Shown here piece after piece: positions 37,336 through 49,429 of a DNA stretch of 64,000 bases (positions are counted from its first letter, which is position 1; every line of letters begins with the position of its first letter). Below the pieces are notes generated by a model that saw only the letters and a list, made by a program, of their open reading frames with translations, ran no database searches and was not told where the DNA came from. Location of the stretch: contig NC_090347.1 of NCBI RefSeq assembly GCF_035084215.1, positions 17,856,001-17,920,000 on the forward strand, in the 5' to 3' direction. Position numbers and translations under genes: made by a program. Source of the DNA: Heptranchias perlo. Lineage: Eukaryota.

Positions 37336-38562
37336 GCTTAGTCAATAAAAGATGAATACCTGCAACCTGACCAGACTGACTCCAAACACTCAGTGTTAAA
37401 AGGGGCAGAGAGGGACAGTAGCAGATGTGTTAGAGAGGATTTGTGGGGATGATAAATAATGTCTGAGAGATGAAGTCTTCTCAATATATAGAGGTACATA
37501 TGTTCACTTTGTAATCAAGTATAAGACATCTTAGCAGAGAACATGCCTGGAGAGTAAGGACCACATTGTAAATCTCAGAATATTGAAAAATATATTATGT
37601 TGATCTGGTTACTATATCCCTTTACTCTCTCTCCGCTGACTTCTCTGCCTTCAACCTCACCCTTCACATGAAGCCCTCACCCTTAATCACAGCCACCCTT
37701 CAACTGCCATCTCACGTGGCCTCACCGCCAAGATCTTGGTTACTGACCAGGCTATCTCTGATCACTTCTTTGTCCCTCACTATCCACATGTCCCTGTCTA
37801 CTTCCAACCCCACTACCCTCACACTATGCTTCTGGCCACCTCCCTGATGACCACATTTTCTAACTCCCCCTCCTGTGACCTCCACTTTCTATGAGATCCC
37901 AGTGACTGTTGATATGGTCAACATCAGTCAACAACCAAAGCTCTGTGCCAGGAATGTGCATTCGGAAAATTGACATTATTATTTTTTAAAATTTTGATGC
38001 TGAAATATCAGCACACTCCTCAAAGCCTAAATAATGAAATGATTTTGTTGTACCCTTTGTCACAAAACACTTATCTATTTTTACATGGCGGTTTATGTTA
38101 CAGGGTCAAGAGCAGAGCAATTTGCTCCAACAATAGTAGAATGGAATACACTTTTGATTAGGTTTCAATCAGTGTATTGTGACTTCTTCAACCTGTTCAA
38201 CGTAAATTTGGAAAAGTGTTAATCACAATTCATCTGCTGTGAAAGGTGTTCAGTTATAATTAGTAGCATTCCACTCATCAGTTCAACAAATTACTTTGAG
38301 CACTACATTGGGTCATGATATATAGGGAAAAATGATCAAATCTGATGGTTTTGGACAAACTGAGAGAGTTTGTTAATTACCAGCAACTGAGTGAAACTTT
38401 ATGCAAAGAAATGAATATTTAAAACAGAAATACAGAGACCCTCCTGATCATCCAACAAGTTTAACCAATGAGTAGGTGAATCAGACAAACTAGGAATATG
38501 TGCTCCACTGAGTTAGCTGGGCTTGTGGTAGGGATCCTACAATTGGCCTTCACGCCTCCACA

Positions 38563-39023
38563 TCAGTCTTGGCTCAGTGGTAGCACCCTCACCTCTACAA
38601 CACCAACAACAACAACTTGCTTTTATACAGTGCCTTTAACGTAGTAAAACGTCTTAAAGCATTTCACAGGGTGTTAGAAGGTTGTAGGTACAAGTCCCAC
38701 TCCAGAGACCTCAGAACATAATCTAGACTGACACTTCAGTACTGAGGGAGTGCTGCACTGTTGGTAGTGCTGTCTTTTGGATAAAGTATTAGGCCAAGGT
38801 CCTGTCTGGTGGATCTAAAACATCCCATGGCACTTTTTGAAGAAGAACAAGAGCATTTTCCTGGTCAACATTTACCCTTCAATCAACATCACTAAAGTAT
38901 CTTATACCATCTGTGAGACCTTGCAGTGTGCAAATTGGCTGCCACATTTCCCTACATTACAACAGTGACTACATTTCAAAAATCCTTCATTGGCTGCGAA
39001 GTGCTTTGGGACATCATGAGGGT
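38563..39023 (+). mobile_element. SacSINE1-like DeuSINE with an inserted L2 tail fragment
   Basis: Head ggctcagtggtagcaccctcacctct, insertion of an antisense L2 tail (acaacaacaacttgc..., ~38597-38672), Deu core, and tail cut by the CR1 at 39024. Confidence 0.7.
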
Positions 39024-40850
39024 ATCATATAGAATCATAGAAGTTACAACATGGAAACAGGCCCTTCGGCCCAACATGTCCATGTCGCCCAGTTTATACC
39101 ACTAAGCTAGTCCCAATTGCCTGCACTTGGCCCATATCCCTCTATACCCATCTTACCCATTGTAACTGTCCAAATGCTTTTTAAAAGACAAAATTGTACC
39201 CGCCTCTACTACTGCCTCTGGCAGCTCGTTCCAGACACTCACCACCCTTTGAGTGAAAAAATTGCCCCTCTGGACCCTTTTGTATCTCTCCCCTCTCACC
39301 TTAAATCTATGTCCCCTCGTTATAGACTCCCCCACCTTTGGAAAATATTTTGACTATCTACCTTATCTATGCCCCTCATTATTTTATAGACTTCTATAAG
39401 ATCACCCCTTAACCTCCTACTCTCCAGGGAAAAAAGTCCCAGTCTATCTAACCTCTCCCTATAAGTCAAACCATCAAGTCCCGGTAGCATCCTAGTAAAT
39501 CTTTTCTGCACTCTTTCTAGTTTAATAATATCCTTTCTATAATAGGGTGACCAGAACTGTACACAGTATTCCAAGTGTGGCCTTACTAATGTCTTGTACA
39601 ACTTCAACAAGACATCCCAACTCCTGTATTCAATGTTCTGACCAATGAAACCAAGCATGTCGAATGCCTTCTTCACCACCCTATGCACCTGTGACTCCAC
39701 TTTCAAGGAGCTAAGAACCTGTACTCCTAGATCTCTTTGTTCTATAACTCTCCCCAACGCCCTACCATTAACGGAGTAGGTCCTGGCCCGATTTGATCTA
39801 CCAAAATGCATCACCTCACATTTATCTAAATTAAACTCCATCTGCCATTCATCGGCCCACTGGCCCAATTTATCAAGATCCCGTTGCAATCCTAGATAAC
39901 CTTCTTCACTGTCCACAATGCCACCAATCTTGGTGTCATCTGCAAACTTACTAACCATGCCTCCTAAATTCTCATCCAAATCATTAATATAAATAACAAA
40001 TAACAACGGACCCAGCACCGATCCCTGAGGCACACCGCTGGACACAGGCCTCCAGTTTGAAAAACAACCCTCTACAACCACCCTCTGTCTTCTGTCGTCA
40101 AGCCAATTTTGTATCCAATTGTCTACCTCACCTTGGATCCCGTGAGATTTAACCTTATGTAACAACCTACCATGCGTAACCTTGTCAAAGGCTTTGCTGA
40201 AGTCCATGTAGACCACGTCTACTGCACAGCCCTCATCTATCTTCTTGGTTACCCCTTCAAAAAACTCAATCAAATTCGTGAGACATGATTTTCCTCTCAC
40301 AAAACCATGCTGACTGTTCCTAATCAGTCCCTGCCTCTCCAAATGCCTGTAGATCCTGTCCCTCAGAATACCCTCTAACAACTTACCCACTACAGATGTC
40401 AGGCTCACTGGTCTGTAGTTCCCAGGCTTTTCCCTGCCGCCCTTCTTAAACAAAGGCACAACATTTGCTACCCTCCAATCTTCAGGCACCTCACCTGTAG
40501 TTGTCGATGATTCAAATATCTCTGCTAGGGGACCCGCAATTTCCTCCCTAACCTCCCATAACGTCCTGGGATACATTTCATCAGGTCCCGGAGATTTATC
40601 TACCTTGATGCGCGTTAAGACTTCCAGCACCTCCCTCTCTGTAATATGTACACTCCTCAAGACATCACTATTTATTTCCCCAAGTTCCCTAACATCCATG
40701 CCTTTCTCAACCGTAAATACCGATGTGAAATATTCATTCAGGATCTCACCCATCTCTTGTGGTTCCGCACATAGATGACCTTGTTGATCCTTAAGAGGCC
40801 CTACTCTCTCCCTAGTTACTCTTTTGCCCTTTATGTATTTGTAGAAGCTT
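39024..40850 (-). mobile_element. Young CR1 LINE, 5'-truncated, with uninterrupted RT domain
   Basis: ORF 39320-41023 holds [45 protein letters not shown] and PHLEYCVQFWSP. Single frameshift near 39340 (C-terminus in 39153-39335). No endonuclease domain. Confidence 0.95.
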
Positions 40851-42669
40851 GTACGAAAGACACACGATTCCCACGTTCGCTCTCTATCCAGCGAGCTGTG
40901 GGTGAGTGTGTGAGAGAGATAGAATATTGGATGAGAAGAGAAGATCGTAGCCCTTTTCCCTCCCTCTCGCGATCGAATGCCTTGCATGAAAAATTGCCAC
41001 TTGAGTGAGATCCTAGAAGACAAGCCCTGCCTGTGGAGTTGTAACCCAGAAATGAGTCAACACCTTCAGGAAAGAAGGGGAAAAATTTTTGGGAAAAATA
41101 AAAATTAATTATTGAAACAAGAGAACTCTGGGCAGCCAGCATTCCAAGCCCACATTTCAGTCCAAGGTCTTATTCACACTTATATCCGCCTAATTCCGTT
41201 GGAAAAACTCTCTTTTTGCACCCTGCCTTGAATTACACTTCTTCCTAACCAATCCTAGAGCAACGCTTATTGCCAGTGGAGGTATCTAGAGCCTCCATTC
41301 ACACCCCCTCGCTGTACCATCCCAGCTCAGTGTAACCTGCAAGGGAGAAAAAAATAAGATTTGTTGTATATTTAAGGAGGTTTATAGCAAAGAGAAACAA
41401 AGCTCAGTAAGTGGTTAAAATGGGAGTGCTGCATTCTGATTTAGTTTCTAATCTACATCAGTGTAGATTAAATGCAGTCAGAGTTTCAGTAATTTACTAT
41501 TCAAAATCATTTAAAAATATCATTGTGCCTTGTGTCATTATTATATTTTTAGTAAAATGGGATTTAACAGCACAATAAAGTATTGTAGAAATGGCAGCCA
41601 GCACTATAAATAATTACTCATGTATTTCTGTGCTCTTTCCTTATGTGCAATTTGTCAGAAACGGAATCATGGAAAACAATTAAAGGAACCAGTGTGATAA
41701 ACAGTGGTTCCGGGGGAAGATTAATTGTTGCTGCTCCAATCATTCCATCACATAAATCATGAAGCACAAGAAGTAAAACCACTGATTGAATTGAGCTGAG
41801 TCACATTTAGCTTTGAAAATATTTAGCAGCTTTCAGCTGGTCATTGAGATCAAGATAGGGATACTTTATGGTAGTAATTTTATGAGCTTGTGCTGCCACA
41901 GGGGAGGCCTTGCCCACTGATAGCCCAAATCCAAAATTTGAGCACGATTATCCGATTGATTATTCGCAGTGCTTGCCTGAATTTCCAATTTGTGCAGCCT
42001 GCAGTACAGACTTGTAAAATTGTCCCCTCTATGTGATAGTGATGCGCGTACAAAACTGCTAAAAAAGCAAATGATAGTTGTTGTTCTAAGTCATTTGCCT
42101 GAGATTTGATTATTTTCATCAGAGGATTTGTGCCCCCTTTAATGTTAACTCTTCCCACCCCACCCAGGTGCTGCAGTGATTGTCTTGCTGCAGCACCACT
42201 GCATTTCCCTTCTGTTCGGTGACGGGCTCCCTCTGCTGAGCGCAGATACTGCTGGGAGCCCACCCTGCATCTTTAATGAGGCCTGACCCAGGAAAGTGGG
42301 TCAAGGTCGGGGTCTGGGTGCTGTGAAAAGTTTTGCCCTGACCCCCTTCCAGTGGCGAAACTGGGCCGGAGGAAAATCCAACTCTAACTCTCATTTTGGG
42401 ACCTGACCGAATTTTAATCAAACCCAATATTTTGGACTCTGTTAATTTGCTTAGTCGATTATTCCAAGCATTTATTACTCTTTAAGTTAAGTATTTTTTC
42501 TTGATATCTGCTTTAAATTTAGTGCTCAGTACTTTCCATTTAAATTCTCTGGTCTACATTTCTGGCTCATTTTGAAGTAATAACCTGGCTTTACCTTATC
42601 CACACAAGGTAGGTTTTGATAGATTCGGTAATATCTTTTCTTTCACCAGAGTTTTCTAACATTGAAGTA

Positions 42670-43065
42670 ACATTGAGTTACATCAATGTTACATCGAAAC
42701 TACAGCACAGAAACGGGCCATTCGGCCCAACTAGTCTATGAAGGCGTTTAAGCTCCACACGAGCCTCCTCCCTCCCTACTTCATCTAACCCTATCAGGAT
42801 ACCCTTCTATTCCTTTCTGCCTCGTGCTTATCTAGCTTCCCCTTAAATGCATCTATGCTATTTGCCTCAACTGCTCCTTGTGGTAGCGAGTTCCACATTG
42901 TTACCACTCTTTGGGTAAAGAAGTTTCTCCTGAATTCCCTATTGGATTTATTAACGACTATTTTATTTTTATGACCTCTAGTTTTGAACTCCCCCACAAG
43001 TGGAAACATTTTCTCTTCGTCTACCCTATCATTATCATAAAGATCTCTATCAGGTCATCCCTCAG
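42670..43065 (-). mobile_element. CR1 LINE 3' end
   Basis: ORF 42794-43009 (FPLVGEFKTRGH...FFTQRVVTMWNSLP). Confidence 0.9.
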
Positions 43066-44611
43066 GTGGTGTGAATAGTTTATGAGGTAACAGTTGTTAA
43101 TCCTTGCATTAATACTATTAATAGGAAGTGGTCTCATTCTTCTACATATACGTGCGAATATTTGTAAGCCTTCAGACAGAATCTGATGTGCGGTGCAAAA
43201 TTATAATCATCTTTGTCATGGGAATAGATTATCTACTTTCTTATATTAGGCACAGTGGAAATATTTGGCCTATAAATCAGCGTATCGTTGGAAAGCCTTT
43301 TGTACTGGAAATCTCCCTAATAATCGCAGGCTAGTTAATCTGAGGGCTTAATTCCCCATCTGCCACGTACCAGGAAAACCCACCGAACACTTATGATGAA
43401 AATAGAACTTAAACACTGCACAGCCAAAGCTGCAGAGAATGCAGGACACATTAACAGTGAGAATGGCTGGAGGAAAAACACAATTTGATAATCTACAATT
43501 TGATAATCTACAGGTGACCAGGTACAAGGTGCATGTCATGAAGTAATCATTTTTGAAGGAGTGGAGAGGGATACGCATGCTCATTGTGTGGAGGATTGAG
43601 AACAGTGGGATGCTAAGTTTGTCTAATGGATGAGAAAGACATCATAACTCACAAGTAACAACCAGCTTACTGTAAAACCCACTGGAAACTTGCCTGTTGC
43701 TTTGGATCAAGATGGAGAATATAATCTGTTACCCAAGATACACTGTTTCAGGGAGATATTGACTGAGCAATTAGGGCTGGACATAAAATATGACAGTGAT
43801 TAGTTTGATCTGCTCCTCATCCCCAAGTGTACGTATCTTCTCCTCCCACCCTTAACTAAATCCTGGCTTTATACCTGCTGGGAGCCTGGCTAAGTGTTGA
43901 CAGAACTCATCTTGTTTGTGGCTGAAAGATTTGCCTGTATTCAAACTCACAAATTCAGCAAATTGCAACCACAGCTCTGAGCCCCTTGGATAGCTGAAGT
44001 GAATGACCTTGACCATGGAACAACAGCTCTTTTTTTGTTTCAAGAATCATAACAGTTACTTTTGTAACTATTGAGGTTAAGGATAAGAACTGAACTAAAT
44101 GAAAAGAAAAACACAGTGTTTCGCCCAAACTAACGCATTGGGAAGCTGGAGGAATGCACAGCTCTGGGTCGACTCAAAGCAATTTGGTCGGGAGACAAGT
44201 ACAATCACCTGTGTTACGCAGCTACCAAGAGCTCCGGCTCCTCCTGGCTCCACAGAAAGGTTATTTAAAATTTTGCTTTAAAAAAACGTACCTTTTTGTT
44301 GCTGGCCGTTGCTAAATCCACAGCGGTCACTGACGAATCCTAAGCGGGGTAGGCCCAACATCTGCCCTGCTCATCACTGCCCAATTTCTGTGAGGGGACC
44401 TAAAACAGACGTTAGGCCACCTCATTTACATACGTAAGGGACCTAACGCATGTTTTAGGCAGCTGCCAATGGCACCTGAAAAATGGCCCAATTCAATTTT
44501 GGGTTGGACGTTTTTCAGGTGTCCTTGGGGTGTAGGACGTTGATCCCCAAAATTGGGCCTCATTGTGCTGGTTTTACCCCCTTGAAACAGGTGAAATGAA
44601 GTCCAACTTCT

Positions 44612-45785
44612 ACCCCTGGATGTTGTCTGTATGAACTTCCAGAAGGCATTTGAGAAGGTTCCGCACAAGAGATTATTAGCAAAAATGAAACTCAAGGAAT
44701 TGAACTTAACCTTGTGATATAGGTTGGTAATTGGTTTGGAGGTAGGAAACAGAGAGTAGGGATAAAAGGAACATACTCTGATTGGCGGAATATGACAAGT
44801 GGTGTGCCCTGGGATCCGTACTGTGGCCTCAGCTTTTTACCATATATATTAATGACTTTGATGAAGGAATAGAGAGTTGTTTATCCAAGTTTGCAGATGA
44901 TACTAAGTGAGAAGGCATAGTAAGTTGTGTGGATGAGAACAGGGAGTTACAAAGGGACATGGACAGATTAAGTGAGTGGACAAAGCTATGGCAGACAGAG
45001 TTCAGTGTGAGGCCTCCACTTTGGATCTGAGAACGATAAATTGGAATACTTTCTCAATGGTGAGAGATTAGGAGCTAACGGATTTGGGTGTCCATGTGCA
45101 CAGATCACGAAGAGCAGGTACAAAAAGTAATCAAAAAGGCCAAAGGAATGTTGGCCTTTGTCTCAAGCGGGTTGGAATACAAAAGTGAGGAAGTGATGCT
45201 TCAGTTGTACAAAGCCTTGGTTAGTCCCCATCTGAAGTATTGCATTCAGTTTTTGGGCACCGAACCACTGGAAAGATATATTGGCCTTGGAGGAGTTACA
45301 GTGCAGAATCACCAGAATGATACCACGGTTTAAAGGGTCACATTTTGAGGACAGGTTGCATAAACTTGGTTTGTATTCCCTTGAGTTTAGAAGGTTGAGG
45401 GGTGATCTAATCAAGGGGTTTAAAATGATAAATGATTTTGATGGGGTAAATACAGAGAAACTATTTCCTCTCGTGGGGGGATCCAGAACAAGGCAGCATA
45501 ATCTCAAAATTAGAGCTAGACCATTTAGGAGTAAAATCAGGAAGCACTTTGTCATGCAAAAGGTAGTGGAAGTCTGAAATTCTCTCTCCCAAGAGACTGT
45601 GGATGGCGGGTCAATTGAAATTTTTAAGAATGAGATCGATAAAGGTGTTGTGAGGAAAGGGTATCAAAGGATATGGAGCAAAGCCTGATAAATGTGGTTG
45701 AGGTACAGATCAGCCATGATCTATATGAATGGCTGAACACATTCTCAGAGCTGCATGGCCTTCTCCTGTTCCTATGTTTCTATGA
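44612..45785 (+). mobile_element. CR1 LINE, decayed RT to 3' end
   Basis: [27 protein letters not shown] and RRLRGDLI motifs with stops and frameshifts; ttcctatg tail. Confidence 0.88.
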
Positions 45786-46857
45786 GATACACGGCCAATT
45801 CTCTCGGGGTATAAAAGAGCTTTGGGAATGTGAACAGTTTTCATCAAGTAGTTATACTGATAAATTATTCAATGTAAGGTGACCCCGGAGGATGTTGATG
45901 TGTATTTTATAAAGGACTGCTCTTGCTCAGAGGCACTTTCAGCCTAGTTTAGACCACTTTCTCAGAGTAAATGTTTCAGTATTCTTATAGGGAGTGATTT
46001 TGTCCCGTTAGCAGAAAAAGTGGTTTGTTTTTGTCATGTTTAACTGCATTCCTTATATAATTTTATAATGCTTAAAGGAAAAGTGCACCCTGCATTATAA
46101 ACACATTAGGATAGAAATTACTCTGAGGGATGTTACCGTACAAACGTTTAATGGACTCAAACCAAATTTCTGTCTCTGGTATTTTAACAGGGATGTTAAC
46201 AGGTTAAAATATTGGAGAGGGGAACCTCATATGAGCACATTAAGCACTTGTACAATGAACGTCATTGACTGTAATTTGTACTCCATTATCTTCTTTCTTC
46301 AATAAATAAAGGCAACGGAATTTTAAATTTATTTTTTGTTATCTGTAGAGATTTGGCAGAGTTATTACCATCCTGTGGGGAAGAAATGGTTGGCAGAGCC
46401 CTCCAACTGTCACACAGTAGCACGTGTGATTAGATTCTGGGTATTACTGTCTATTTAAAAACTGAGTGTTTCTCTGTGCATCGGATCAAGGCCCAGCCAT
46501 TAGCCAGGAGCAGTGTGATGAATTATACCATTTGACATGAGTAGGTGGATACTGAAAAATCCAGCAGTGATTTCTAAAGAAGCAAAATGAATCCACTCTA
46601 CAAAGTCCTAAAAAGCAATTTTTTTTAATCATCAGTTTTTGAGGTTTAATTGTCAGAGCCCTAAAAAATGATCAGACAGGATATAATATGGAAGATCAGC
46701 AACAAAAGGAGTGCCATTTGCTTGAAAAGCACTCGGTGACATTGGACTGCAGAATCCAAATGCTTAAAAGGCTGTGGGCCATCATGAAATGGTTCAGTGT
46801 TCATCATAACTTACTCAGCTTCAATGATCCAGTAGTGCACATTTTAGCAGAAACCGT

Positions 46858-48232
46858 GGGGTCAATTTTCAGATGGTCGAGCGGGTGCGTTCGTGGCTGG
46901 GGGGCTCCTAAAATTGGGGATTTCCGGAGGGGGTCCGGAGCCCGGCTCCAACCCACCCACTTCCGGGATCCCCAATGACGCGAATCGGTGCGCGCGCAGC
47001 CCCCGCATGCGGGAAAACTCTGCTATCCAAACACATTTACCTACTTTGTGGACCCCCTCACACTCACACCGTCAGGATTGTAGGGGGGTGGGGGGGGGGC
47101 GGGTTCCATTGCAGTATTCATCACTCCATTGGAGGACGACCAACATCACCAGCCTCCCCAGGCACGCCGTCTACCTCCGCCACTTTGAGCTACACAACAC
47201 AGTGCTGCGCAACAGGCACCTGCACAAAGTAGTCGTGTAACTACACACACACCCACTGTAGGGTGACCCAATGGGTGGCATCAAGGGTGTTCGTGGAGAC
47301 CCTCATGAAAGGGCATTATTGCACAAGCCAGTCAAGAGTGGCCAAGGCGTGGCAGTAGTGGTGACAATATAATATGTAATGTGAGTTGATCAGAAATCAA
47401 ATATAAGTAAAAACCATGACAAACCCTCAAACTCCCTTGTGTATCCCCTTCATGCTCACGACATGTTTGCCTTATGCTTCCTACTACACATATGTGATGC
47501 ATGCCCTGTGGCTGCAGCTCAGGTAGTGGCAGGTGGGGTGAGGCTGACTGTGAAAGAGATGCATCAGAGGGTGAATATGAGATAGAGCCATGAGATTGAA
47601 TGAGGATTGGGTTATGTGGTAGTGGCGGGATGAGTACTGGCGAGGTGAGTAAGTGCAGGTAAGATGAGGATGAGCTTTGAGTGGGTGTGAGGAGTGATGT
47701 GATAGAGTAGTGTTGGCAGTGCAGAAGGAGATATGGGGTGGGGGCGGTGATGTGGCAGACGGAGTGTAGGGGAATGAGTAAGTTTACTCACTTCGGCTGA
47801 CCTGGTTCGGTCATTGAAGCGCCTCCTGCACTGTATGCAGGTGCGTGATATGTTGGTGGTGCTGGTGACCTCCTCTGCCACCTTGAGCCAGGCCTTCATG
47901 GTGGCAGAGGCAGGCCACTTCCTCCCGTCCGCCGGGGAGAAGATCTCTGTCCTCCCCCTCCTCCTCACCCCATACAGTAGGACCTGGAGTGAGGCATCAT
48001 TAAACCTGGGAGCAGCCTTCTCCCTGGGCTGCCCCATGCTGTAATTTTGGCTCCTTTCTGTTGCATCAGTCAGTGGAGGACTGCCCCTTTAAATAGGGCT
48101 CCTCCAGCCTATGATGCGGGTGCGCAGTCCGCCTGCTGCGCAGCTTTCCAGCGCGAAACCCGGAAGCCAAGGTAAGTGGCTTCAATTTACTTATGATTGT
48201 GTGGGGAACCCACCGATTTTACTGGGCAGGTT
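46858..48232 (-). mobile_element. Internally deleted PIF/Harbinger element carrying a Myb/SANT-like ORF
   Basis: Left end ggggtcaattttc... is homologous to the reverse complement of 63660-63795. Minus-strand exon 48037-47792 encodes MGQPREKAAPRFNDASLQVLL...KAWLKVAEEV...RTCIQCRRRFND, followed by a GTGAGT donor. Confidence 0.8.
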
Positions 48233-48331
48233 TGATCTTTCAAAGTCATGTGAATTTTCACATTTTTTTTGCATACATTGACAATAGCATTCTTGAATTT
48301 TATTTTCATAATTCTCAATACGTCCCATCGG

Positions 48332-48460
48332 TGGTATAAAGATGGCGATGGAAGGAGCATTCACGATGCGACCTGTAAGATTGTTAAACAGCCTGAGAAT
48401 CCTTCCATTGCTTTACGCTATTCTCCAAGGGAACAGTGTGAAGATATGAAAACAAGAACC
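48332..48460 (+). repeat. Second copy of the unclassified hairpin-containing repeat
   Basis: Aligns to 2439-2563. Confidence 0.7.
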
Positions 48461-49429
48461 AAGAGGAACAACCCCAGTGTCATACCATCCCATGATTCTT
48501 CTAAAACAAAATGGCAAAAAGGTGCAATAGTCCATAAATATATACACACAAATCTACATCACACTCGCAAGGATAGAAGATAAGATTACAACACTGTAGC
48601 CCTAATTCTCTGATCCATCGCCCCTGACAATGCAACTCCTTGACTGGGAGTGCAGGATTGTGGAATCACAGCTAATATTTTTCCTTCAGTCCCCAAATGT
48701 CATTAGCCTTCCCAGCTAAACAGAGGGAGTATGAAAACAAGAGGCATCCTGGGGAAAGTTGGTATGGGGGAGTAAGAGATCTGCTGTGAATCACAGAAAG
48801 TATTCGATAAATCTTTTCCCACTTTTTGTACAAACATGCAGCGCAGCATCATAAATAGTTGGACTCACTGTTTAGACTTTTGTACTGTGTATTATACGTT
48901 TACATTTTTATATTTTGTACAGTTTAAAAGCATTACAATGACAGAACAGTTGCGACCCATGCTGTGAAAATCTTGCTGGATGTGTGAGGTCTTGGATGGT
49001 TTCAGTATTGGCACTCACTCAAGCTCAAAGTTACTGAACTTTAGGAAAAGTGGGAGGCATAAGGGAGGCGGAGAGCTTTCTGGAACACACTTTCCAAGAG
49101 GTGGTCTTCCCACTTATTTCATATTTCCTGTCATTTGCACCTCAGTAACATTGGGTACAAGAAATGCCAGTGCATCGCTATGAGTCACGGGGGGGGGGGG
49201 GGTTTAAATTTTAAAGGGCTGCTTTGCCTAATACAATCAATTGCACGAGGCAAAGAGGAAAACTTTTTAAAAAAATTATTATTTAACAGATGGCCACGAT
49301 GTGCAACAAATTTTCCTCTGCCTCTCAAGCAAGCGCAAAAGGGCAGAGAGCTGCTCCATCCCGTCTTCCTCTCCTTAAAGCCCCAGTAACTGACACAGAT
49401 AGGCATTAGGCAGAGAAAAATTGGCCCCA

